From an uncultured Candidatus Saccharibacteria bacterium (GTDB lineage Bacteria > Patescibacteriota > WWE3 > UBA101185 > UBA10185): a DNA stretch of 39,798 bases. The notes beneath the pieces are model-generated. The model ran no database searches. It saw nothing but the letters and a program-made list of their open reading frames with translations, and was not told the origin of the DNA. This document shows, in pieces, positions 29,058-35,962 of the stretch; the first letter of the stretch is position 1; every line of letters starts with the position of its first letter. A program made the position numbers and the translations under genes. The stretch lies in contig CAZHSR010000001.1 in NCBI GenBank assembly GCA_964535155.1, positions 13,896 to 53,693 on the forward strand, given 5' to 3'.

Positions 29058-30613
29058 GAAAAAATTAGTGTGACAATTGTCACATACAGTAAAAACCACG
29101 GAAAAGTTTTCTTTAGAATTGCTACTTCTTGATCTTGAATTGGCCCCGCTGTTAACTGCCCAGTTATAATGTTTTGCAAAGAAATCATATTTCCACCTGT
29201 GGCGCCCAAAAGCTGAATACCCAAAATAGCGGGCAAAATTAACGCCATGTCCGCAAAGAAACTTCCAGTTATGTCGCCGATTAAAATATTTGACACGGTG
29301 GCACTTCCAGAGAGAAAAGCTCCAAGTGCACCCAACAACGGCACAAAATAAATGGCAGAGCTGGGATGGAAGCTAGCAAATAAAACATCCAGCATGCCAA
29401 GCCCAGTACCACCATTTAGCTTACTGGAAATGATAAGTTGCATAATTCCCGTTATGAGAAAAATTAAAAGTGCTGTCTTAAAAAGCTTGGGTAAAACCAC
29501 ATTAAAAACCTCTTTAAAATCGCCTTTTTTTACTGGAAAAATAAGCAAAGACAAAGCCAACGCTAATATAAAAGGAATCCCAGGGTTTAATAATCTAAAA
29601 GTATGCAAAAAACTACCAAAAAAAGTTATCGTGTTAGACTTGTCAAAAGAGGGAATAAGAGTCCCTATTAAAATGAAGAAAATTAAAAAAACATAGGGTA
29701 AAACTGTCTTATAAAGAGGCAACCTCTCATCGATGTGAGATACATTTAAAACCTCTCTAATTTTGTCAGTTAAGACAACTTCCACCGAGGGCTTCTTAAA
29801 CAACCGAACCAAAATTCCCATTATGAGAAAACCAATGATTGAACCTGCAATAGTGGGAAGTCCAGAATTGATCCGAGAAAATAACAAATAAGGTAATCCA
29901 AAAGCTAATCCAGACATAAAAGCAAAAGGCAAACCCGTGAAAAAATACCGCCGATCCTTTTGCAAAAAGGAAGTAAGCACAAATAAAAGCACAATTGGCC
30001 AAATTAAAGACATAATGAAACCAAAATTTGCCGTATATAAAGTTATTTGAGGGTTATCAAAACTATATAAACCAACTCTTATAGGAGTTCCTGCAGCACC
30101 AAAAGTTACAGGTACAGTATTTGAAAGCAATGCCAAAGAAACAGCCTGTACAGGGGTTAAACCAAGACCAATTAACAAAGGCGAAATCAAAAGTCCGGGT
30201 ACGCCGAATCCAGCAGTACCTTCTATAAAAGCCCCAAAGAGCCAACCAATAAAAATAAATTGAATTCTCAAATCATCAGAAAGCTTATACAGATGCAAAA
30301 TAATGGACCTAATAACATGGTGCTTTTTCATAAACTCCAAAAACATCATGGCACCAAAAATTATTAGGGAGATGTCAAAGGCGATAAAAAAAGCCTTTAA
30401 TAAAGCCCCAAGGACAGCAAAGTTATACATGTGCCAATAAAATCTTCCCACCAGTAAGGCAATGGCCAAGGAGACAATAGAAACATATAACAGTTTTCCT
30501 TTAAACAAAAATATTCCAAGGATTAAAAAAATTAGGGGACTTAAAATTAAAAAATACGGCATTAGAAAAATAATATCACTAAATAAGACTCCCAAGGGGA
30601 ATTTGTTTAGCAT
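29033..30613 (-). CDS. lctP: L-lactate permease family transporter
   Basis: 526 aa polytopic protein. FIEGTAGFGVPGLLISPLLIGLG matches the LctP signature region. The C-terminus (SRIILVQN*) is encoded by palindrome 29045-29057. Confidence 0.8.
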   Translation of the reverse strand: MLNKFPLGVLFSDIIFLMPYFLILSPLIFLILGIFLFKGKLLYVSIVSLAIALLVGRFYWHMYNFAVLGALLKAFFIAFDISLIIFGAMMFLEFMKKHHVIRSIILHLYKLSDDLRIQFIFIGWLFGAFIEGTAGFGVPGLLISPLLIGLGLTPVQAVSLALLSNTVPVTFGAAGTPIRVGLYSFDNPQITLYTANFGFIMSLIWPIVLLFVLTSFLQKDRRYFFTGLPFAFMSGLAFGLPYLLFSRINSGLPTIAGSIIGFLIMGILVRLFKKPSVEVVLTDKIREVLNVSHIDERLPLYKTVLPYVFLIFFILIGTLIPSFDKSNTITFFGSFLHTFRLLNPGIPFILALALSLLIFPVKKGDFKEVFNVVLPKLFKTALLIFLITGIMQLIISSKLNGGTGLGMLDVLFASFHPSSAIYFVPLLGALGAFLSGSATVSNILIGDITGSFFADMALILPAILGIQLLGATGGNMISLQNIITGQLTAGPIQDQEVAILKKTFPWFLLYVTIVTLIFSRIILVQN

Positions 30614-30647
30614 TGAAAATAAGTTCTGGGTACACTATGATATTAAT

Positions 30648-31658
30648 GTGGAACTGCAAAAAACCTACCCAAAAGACGCTGCCATAAAAGTGGCGACACA
30701 AAAAGTTCCGGTGACAAGTCAAACTGCCACAGTTTATAAAACTTTGGCAATGATTTCACAAAAATCGGCAGAATTTGACACCATTAACTACATTTACATA
30801 ACAAATACTGAAAATTCATTAATTGGCATAGTTTCTATTAAGGATCTTTTTGAAAACGCTACCGAAGGCGGGGAGAAAGCCCTAAAAGAGCTAATGAAAA
30901 CGGAAATTGTTAGTGTACGCCCGCACTCATCGCAGGAAAAGGCAGCTAACCTATCACTAGAGCACGGAATAAAGGCAGTGCCTATTACGGATAAAGAAGG
31001 AGAATTCTTAGGCGTAATTCCAAGTGACACAATCCTTTCCATTATGCATAGAGAAAAGGAAGAAGACTTGTTAAAGTTTGCAGGAATTTCTGGGCATGGG
31101 AAAATTAGCAAAGAAGGCTTTAGTGAAGATAACATAATGAAGACCCCAGTTTTTAAGTCGTTTTTAAAAAGGTTACCTTGGCTTATTGTGGGAACATTTG
31201 GTGGGCTTTTTATGGCACAAACAATTTCATTTTTTGAGGCCACATTGGAAAAAAACATTTTAATAGCAGCTTTTATTCCCTTAATGGTTTACGCAAGCAA
31301 TGCAGTGGGACAACAAGTGACAGCTTTTTTAATAAGGGATTCTGCTCACAACAACAAGATTGCGTACTTTAAGTATTTTTTACGGCACTTTTTAATAGTG
31401 CTTTTAATTGCTATAACAATAGGAATTTTCCTACTTACTTACGGATGGATTTTTTACCAAGATATAAAAATTGCAAGCGTACTTGGAATTGGGGTCTTTG
31501 CAACAATATTATCCGCAATTCTTTCGGGATTTTTGATTCCGTTTTTGTCTATTAAATTAAAAAGAGATCCCGCAAATGTGAGTGGGCCTATTGCAACTTC
31601 TATTCAGGATTTGATGAGTGTTCTGATTTATTTTTTGATTGCTAATGCGATTTTGTAG
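30648..31658 (+). CDS. mgtE: MgtE-type magnesium transporter lacking the N-terminal MgtE_N domain
   Basis: CBS pair, then a TM domain with DPANVSGPIATSIQDLMSVLIYF. The track ORF starts at 30462 but would overlap the lctP 5' end by 152 nt on the opposite strand. GTG 30648 is my best guess for the start; TTG 30603 and ATG 30747 are alternatives. Confidence 0.75.
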   Translation: MELQKTYPKDAAIKVATQKVPVTSQTATVYKTLAMISQKSAEFDTINYIYITNTENSLIGIVSIKDLFENATEGGEKALKELMKTEIVSVRPHSSQEKAANLSLEHGIKAVPITDKEGEFLGVIPSDTILSIMHREKEEDLLKFAGISGHGKISKEGFSEDNIMKTPVFKSFLKRLPWLIVGTFGGLFMAQTISFFEATLEKNILIAAFIPLMVYASNAVGQQVTAFLIRDSAHNNKIAYFKYFLRHFLIVLLIAITIGIFLLTYGWIFYQDIKIASVLGIGVFATILSAILSGFLIPFLSIKLKRDPANVSGPIATSIQDLMSVLIYFLIANAIL

Positions 31659-31706
31659 CTTCAAAGGATTGGAGCATTTTAGAAAGGCCCCTAAATAATT
31701 GAAACT

Positions 31707-31735
31707 TTACAACCCATCGTTAGAAAGTATATAAT
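31707..31735 (+). promoter_or_regulatory. candidate sigma70-type promoter of abiEi-1 (TTACAA-17-TATAAT) with TAGAAA/TTTCTA inverted repeat over the -10
   Basis: -35 at 31707-31712 and -10 at 31730-31735, with the ATG at 31747. Inverted-repeat arms at 31721-31726 and 31735-31740. Confidence 0.4.
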
Positions 31736-31746
31736 TTCTATAACTT

Positions 31747-32391
31747 ATGAACGACAAAACCACAAAAACAACCCCAACTAACCCACCAAAACCCAAGGCT
31801 AAAACAACCAAGAGCCTCCTTGAACCCCTTACCACAACCACCAAGACAGTTTTTACAACTCAAGACCTTAATAAAATATGGCAATATGAAAACTATAAAA
31901 GCCTGATTCAACGCATTTCATACCTTTCAAAAGCAGGGAAAATTCAAAAAATTAAGCGCGGAATCTATTCCTTCCCAAATCGTCCAATAAATGAGTTGGA
32001 GCTTGCAAATAAAATCAAAACCCCCTCATATATTTCCTTTGAGACAGTTCTCTATATAGAGGGGATAATTTTCCAGTGGGATAACCGAATTACTTTAGCA
32101 GCAAAAGATTCGCGTGAAATACAGATTCAAAATGACCCACTAGCACTTAAAATAGTATTTAGGAAAATTAAAGACGAGATTCTGCTTAATCCAACGGGGA
32201 TAATTCCAGAGAATAATTATTTTGTGGCTTCAAAAGAACGAGCAATGCTAGATATGCTTTATATAAGCCCAAATTTCACCTTTGATAATTTAAGAAGTAT
32301 TGATTTTGCCAAACTAAAAGAAATGGCTCAAATTTATAATAGAGCCTCAATTTTTAGGGCAATAGAAAGGCTGGAAAAATATGTTAGATAG
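31747..32391 (+). CDS. AbiEi-family type IV antitoxin (copy 1)
   Basis: wHTH-like region (LIQRISYLSKAGKIQKIKRGIYSF), then SYISFETVLYIEG and ASKERAMLDMLY, as in AbiEi. Overlaps the downstream toxin gene by 11 nt. Confidence 0.75.
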   Translation: MNDKTTKTTPTNPPKPKAKTTKSLLEPLTTTTKTVFTTQDLNKIWQYENYKSLIQRISYLSKAGKIQKIKRGIYSFPNRPINELELANKIKTPSYISFETVLYIEGIIFQWDNRITLAAKDSREIQIQNDPLALKIVFRKIKDEILLNPTGIIPENNYFVASKERAMLDMLYISPNFTFDNLRSIDFAKLKEMAQIYNRASIFRAIERLEKYVR

Positions 32392-33145
32392 ACTAAAACA
32401 TGAGACTACAATGCGAAACATCTTGGATGATATTTACAACGATAATTTTTTGTCAAATAAACTTGGCTTTAAAGGTGGAACCTGTGCATACTTTTTTTAT
32501 GAATTGCCCAGATTCTCTACCGATTTGGATTTTAACTTGATTTCTACAAGGGACTCAATCGATGAGAGTAAAGGCACAATTGAGGATGAAAGCTCTAAAA
32601 GTACGCTGGCAAATCAAGTCTTTGAAAAATTGGAAGAACTGCTAAAGAAACATGGCGAGGTTAGGGACAGACACATTAAGGCAAATACTATATTCTTTTA
32701 TGTTGTACATACGCCAAATAAAAGCGGTATAAAAATTGAAATTTCAACAAGAGAAATAGAAAAAATCAATGCATACGAATTGAAAGAATTTTATGGAACA
32801 TCTTTTTTAATTATGAAGCGAGCGGATTTATTTGCAAACAAGTTATTAGCTTTAACAATGCGTGTAAACCCTTCGGCTAGGGATTTGTATGATATAAATT
32901 TTTTCTTTTCAAAAAACTGGGATATAAATGAGAATGTGGTTAGTGAGGCGTCTGGAAAAGCTTTTTTGGAATATGTAGAGGCGTTGCCAAAGTTTATTGA
33001 AGAAACTTTTAATTCTGCAAATGTGCATTTGGGATTGGGGGAGCTGTTAAAAGGGCAATCGGAAAGGGATTTTGTTAAAAGAAAGTTAGTAGAAGATACT
33101 GTAAATAAAATTAGGTTTTTTGTGGATGCGCATAAGAGATTTTAG
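32381..33145 (+). CDS. AbiEii/AbiGii (DUF1814) nucleotidyltransferase toxin (copy 1)
   Basis: FKGGTCAYFFYELPRFSTDLDFN is the hallmark NTase motif. Also a later ARDLYDI motif. Confidence 0.85.
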   Translation: MLDRLKHETTMRNILDDIYNDNFLSNKLGFKGGTCAYFFYELPRFSTDLDFNLISTRDSIDESKGTIEDESSKSTLANQVFEKLEELLKKHGEVRDRHIKANTIFFYVVHTPNKSGIKIEISTREIEKINAYELKEFYGTSFLIMKRADLFANKLLALTMRVNPSARDLYDINFFFSKNWDINENVVSEASGKAFLEYVEALPKFIEETFNSANVHLGLGELLKGQSERDFVKRKLVEDTVNKIRFFVDAHKRF

Positions 33146-33214
33146 CTTGTAATCTTTTAAAGGTTATCCCTTAATCGTTTTAGAAGCCTAAATTCTATTT
33201 AAGAGTAAAATAGC

Positions 33215-33297
33215 AAAAAACAAAAAAGCCCTTGGTCTCCCAAGAGCTTTCCTGCCATCCTCTCTTTACTTATGATTAACATAAGAGAAGCATCGAC
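33215..33297 (-). ncRNA. candidate small RNA A (hairpin + GNRA-looped intrinsic terminator)
   Basis: On the minus strand: TGGTAAAAT extended -10 (complement of 33304-33312), hairpin 33269-33285, and terminator stem 33228-33247 (a G-U pair forms only on the minus strand, loop GAGA) followed by U6-G-U6. No ORF larger than 7 codons. Confidence 0.3.
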
Positions 33298-33323
33298 ATG
33301 GTTATTTTACCAAATATGTAGCG

Positions 33324-33394
33324 AACAAAAAAGCCTCTGTATAAACAGAGGCTTTCTTGCATCCAACACTGAAAATTCAGTGGGGCCTTGACAT
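33324..33394 (-). ncRNA. candidate small RNA B (paralogue of A)
   Basis: On the minus strand: TAAAAT (complement of 33401-33406), hairpin 33367-33382, and terminator 33331-33354 followed by a U-run. It shares the GGATG(G)CA(G/A)GAAAGC linker with unit A. Confidence 0.3.
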
Positions 33395-33458
33395 AAGATG
33401 ATTTTACACTAGATCCCAATATTTATCAAAAATAGTTGAAACTATCCGAATTTATAAT

Positions 33459-33505
33459 AATTTGTAGACCCAACTCTACGAATTTCGCTAAATTTGTAGA
33501 CCCAA
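33459..33505 (+). repeat. 15-bp direct repeat AATTTGTAGACCCAA x2 (33459-33473, 33491-33505), 32-bp period
   Basis: Read directly. Lies upstream of the DGR RT gene. Confidence 0.85.
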
Positions 33506-33507
33506 TG

Positions 33508-33650
33508 AAGGATAATCCTTGCAGGAAATAGAACTTTTGGTGTTAGCAACAGGACAAAGCCCGTTTTTTATGAAGGATTATCCTTGGGCAATATAGCCCC
33601 TTAGACTTTAGCAACAAGCAGAAGTGCGTATTCGGCAAAGGATTATCCTT
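33508..33650. repeat. palindrome array 6: AAGGATAATCCTT 33508-33520, AAGGATTATCCTT 33573-33585 and 33638-33650
   Basis: Read directly; exact 65-bp register. It ends 6 nt before the RT start codon. Confidence 0.9.
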
Positions 33651-33656
33651 TAAGAT

Positions 33657-34838
33657 GTGTTCCAAACTTTGCTAAGCGCGTACAAACAATGTCAAAAGAA
33701 CAAAAGGCTAAAAACCTCTTCAGCTAAATTTGAAATAAACCTAGAAAAAGAGCTGATTTCCTTGGAAGCCGACCTAAAATCAAAAACATATAACCCGGGC
33801 AGGTTTTCCGTATTTGTAGTTACTGAGCCAAAAGTAAGAGAAATATTTGCCGCGGAGTTTAGAGACAGAGTTATTCATCACATTATTGTTAATCACATTC
33901 AGCCTGTCTTTGAGCCAAAATTTATTTATGACAGCTTTGCCAATCGAAAAAACAAAGGCACTCACTTAGCGGTTAAAAGGTTGCAAATTTTTGCAAGAAA
34001 AATTACAAAAAACGGCAATCAAAAGGCGTTTTATTTACAGGCAGATATAAAAAACTTCTTTCCTTCCATTAACCACAACATTTTGTTTAACTTAATAAAA
34101 AAACATATTCACAACAAAGAAATTCTAGACCTTACAAAATTAATAATTTTCCATGATTGCACACAAAATCCCATTAGAAAAGGACATCCAAGTTTATTTC
34201 AAAAAGTTCCGCCTCAAAAATCTTTGTTTTTTACACCAAAAGGGCAAGGCCTTCCAATAGGAAATTCAACCTCCCAATTTTTTGCAAATGTTTATTTAAA
34301 TGAGCTAGATCAGTATGTGAAGCATTCTTTAAAGTGCAAATTTTATGTACGATACGTGGATGACTTTGTCATTTTGGATATAAATAGAGAAAAACTGGAA
34401 GAGATTTTGCAAAAAATTAATGTGTTTTTACTGGAAAAATTGGCACTAGAGTTGCATCCAAATAAATGCAAAATAGAGGTGATTTCTAAGGGAATTGATG
34501 CCTTGGGATATGTTATTAAGCCAGATTATTTGATTGTTAGAAAAAGGGTAATCAAAACCTTAAAGAGAAAGTTGTGGGAGTTTAAGAGAATGGTAGGGGA
34601 AAACGAGGCGAGACGGGAAGGGACGAAGAAGGGAGAAAACGAGGTGGATTGGGAATTTATTGTATCCAGCATCAACTCCTATTATGCCCATTTTGGACAT
34701 GCAAAAAGCTATAAATTACGGAAAAACCTTTGGGAAAAACACTTTGGAATTTTAAAAGACTATCTAATTCCAATAAACGGATATAAATACTTTAAATTAA
34801 AGAAAACTAAGAGCCCCAACCAAGCTAAAAAAAGCTAG
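33657..34838 (+). CDS. DGR-type reverse transcriptase
   Basis: 393 aa, GTG start. Motifs: PKVREIFAAEFRDRVIHH, SFANRKNKGTHLA, LPIGNSTSQFFANVYLNELD (the DGR-typical IGxxxSQ) and the catalytic box YVRYVDDFVIL. No maturase or endonuclease domains. Confidence 0.92.
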   Translation: MFQTLLSAYKQCQKNKRLKTSSAKFEINLEKELISLEADLKSKTYNPGRFSVFVVTEPKVREIFAAEFRDRVIHHIIVNHIQPVFEPKFIYDSFANRKNKGTHLAVKRLQIFARKITKNGNQKAFYLQADIKNFFPSINHNILFNLIKKHIHNKEILDLTKLIIFHDCTQNPIRKGHPSLFQKVPPQKSLFFTPKGQGLPIGNSTSQFFANVYLNELDQYVKHSLKCKFYVRYVDDFVILDINREKLEEILQKINVFLLEKLALELHPNKCKIEVISKGIDALGYVIKPDYLIVRKRVIKTLKRKLWEFKRMVGENEARREGTKKGENEVDWEFIVSSINSYYAHFGHAKSYKLRKNLWEKHFGILKDYLIPINGYKYFKLKKTKSPNQAKKS

Positions 34839-34854
34839 AGTTGGAGCCCAAAGT

Positions 34855-34999
34855 TAAATACTTCCAGGGACGCAACACAACCCGAAACCCGATATTACTA
34901 TTTGCATTACTAGTGTTATTGTTATTGACATTGGAACAACTAGAGTTGCCTAAGATCCTTGCATTAGTTGTATTGTTGGCGGCGGAAGCCCAACTATAT
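34855..34999 (-). repeat. DGR template repeat (TR)
   Basis: About 145 bp homologous to 35817-35962. Its minus-strand frame is rich in AAC/AAT codons (WASAANNTTNARILGNSSCSNVNNNNTSNANSNIGFRVVLRP). Confidence 0.9.
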
Positions 35000-35360
35000 A
35001 GGCAACAAAACAAAAAAGCAAAGTGTCAGGACAAATAACACCCATGTTTGTTAGTCTCTTCACTTTTGCGGTTTAATAAACCCTTTAGAAACCAATCTCA
35101 TATTAACCAATAAACAGAGTATGGTTTCTTGCATAGATCCTCAAAGCTTTTTTAGTTACTCAATCCATATTTATCTGCAATCTTTGGCCTTAAGCCAATT
35201 TATATTGCAGGAAAGAGACCGAAGTATTTTTTGGCCAAGGTTTCTAACCTTGAAACAAAGCTTGCTGTTAGGCTGGCTTTGTTACACTTTTGAGCCGTTT
35301 AAGGGTCTTTTAAACTAGTTCAAAATTCTGGCCAGGGCGATGAGTGGGCAAATAGAAGGA

Positions 35361-35699
35361 CTAGGACGATTTTATCCAGCCTCCTAACATTTTACCCACC
35401 TCATCTACATATTTTGAAAGAACTTCATATTTTTTAACACCTATTATTTTTAAACCAAAACATAACCGAATGTAAATACGCATACGGTCTAAATGTGTAT
35501 TTGCTTTCTTTAAATGGGGCTTTTTGTTAATTTCAGAATTGGCAATAATTATACAGTCTAAAAATTCCAAACAGGCTGTCTGTAGGCTTTGTCCCAGGCT
35601 ATATCTATATTCTTTTGGAAATTTATGTATTTCTTTATATATTCTAAGAAGAAGATCATAAGATTTTTGAAAGATGGTAAGTTGTGTATATTGTGCCAT
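35361..35699 (-). CDS. avd: Avd accessory variability determinant (four-helix-bundle family)
   Basis: 112 aa. IFQKSYDLLLRIYKEIHKFPKEYRYSLGQSL...LDRMRIYIRLCF...VGKMLGGWIKS fits the Avd / 23S-rRNA-IVS four-helix-bundle pattern. It lies between the target gene and TR. Confidence 0.8.
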   Translation of the reverse strand: MAQYTQLTIFQKSYDLLLRIYKEIHKFPKEYRYSLGQSLQTACLEFLDCIIIANSEINKKPHLKKANTHLDRMRIYIRLCFGLKIIGVKKYEVLSKYVDEVGKMLGGWIKSS

Positions 35700-35712
35700 A
35701 AAAATTTTTTGC

Positions 35713-35800
35713 GTTCTTTGCTACGCAAAGAACTTGGTTCAAGCCTTTGGCTTGAAAACCTTTTGCTTTGCAAAAGGTTATGCAGCCACTACGTGGCTGC
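35713..35800. other. four tandem perfect stem-loops, each with a 3-nt loop (35713-35733, 35738-35756, 35757-35779, 35782-35800)
   Basis: Stems of 9, 8, 10 and 8 bp with no mismatches. Plus-strand loops are TAC, TTT, TTT, TAC. The array lies between the VR end and the avd start. Confidence 0.85.
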
Positions 35801-35816
35801 TCAAATGAGCAGAGTC

Positions 35817-35962
35817 TAAATACTTCTCAGGGACGCAACACAACCCGAAACCCGATAGTACTACCAGCACCACTAGCGCTATTGAGAAAGACAAGGGAAC
35901 AACTAGAGTAGCCTAAGATCCTTGCATAAGTAGTATTGTAGGCGGCGGAAGCCCAACTATAA
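35817..35962 (-). repeat. DGR variable repeat (VR) at the 3' end of the target gene
   Basis: With TR coordinate + 963 = VR coordinate, there are 18 mismatches. All fall at plus-strand T in TR, which is A on the coding strand. Confidence 0.9.

Noticed and set aside
831-30245. Numerous 60-150-aa ORFs nested inside or antisense to longer genes (e.g. 831-1070, 3212-3466, 6103-6441, 7338-7700, 9172-9641, 14004-14291, 17588-18197, 20321-20599, 26477-27146, 29352-29696, 30794-31258)
   Set aside because: They are shadow ORFs of well-supported genes on the other strand or in another frame, with low-complexity or implausible composition.
30462-30647. The 5' extension of the mgtE ORF from ATG 30462
   Set aside because: It would overlap the lctP 5' end by 152 nt on the opposite strand, and it encodes a Lys/Ile-rich low-complexity peptide that mirrors the lctP antisense strand. 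The CBS domain only begins after about 30650.
33159-33172. AAGGTTATCCCTT just downstream of abiEii-1 as a degenerate palindrome copy
   Set aside because: It carries an indel-type disruption of the dyad and has no phased partner. It may be a decayed copy, but that cannot be shown.
18453-33650. The regularly spaced palindromes (13-bp repeat, 52-bp interstitial) interpreted as CRISPR arrays
   Set aside because: The repeat is far too short and each locus has only 2-3 copies. The interstitial segments are homologous to each other rather than unique. There are no cas genes in the window, and some copies lie inside coding ends.
33657-34838. The RT as a group II intron, retron or Abi-type RT
   Set aside because: It has no maturase (X) or endonuclease domain and no flanking intron RNA domains. 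It carries the DGR-typical IGxxxSQ motif and sits beside a TR/VR pair with adenine-only differences.
34825-35038. Track ORFs 34825-35013 (-) and 34841-35038 (+)
   Set aside because: They cover the DGR template repeat. The minus-strand ORF is just the residual reading frame copied from the target gene C-terminus (Asn-rich), and the plus-strand ORF is its shadow. Neither is an independent gene.
35121-35819. Track ORFs 35121-35318 (+), 35558-35773 (-) and 35589-35819 (+)
   Set aside because: The first lies in the avd-TR spacer with no start context. The other two overlap avd and run through the four-hairpin array, whose palindromic sequence opens frames on both strands.
35811-35826. The sequence just 3' of VR (minus strand GTATTTAGACTCT) matches 13 of 14 nt of the conserved core of the 65-bp unit (GTATTTCAGACTCT, 18541-18554)
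   Set aside because: It is a single occurrence, in the opposite orientation, and partly inside the TR/VR homology. I cannot distinguish it from chance without genome-wide statistics.
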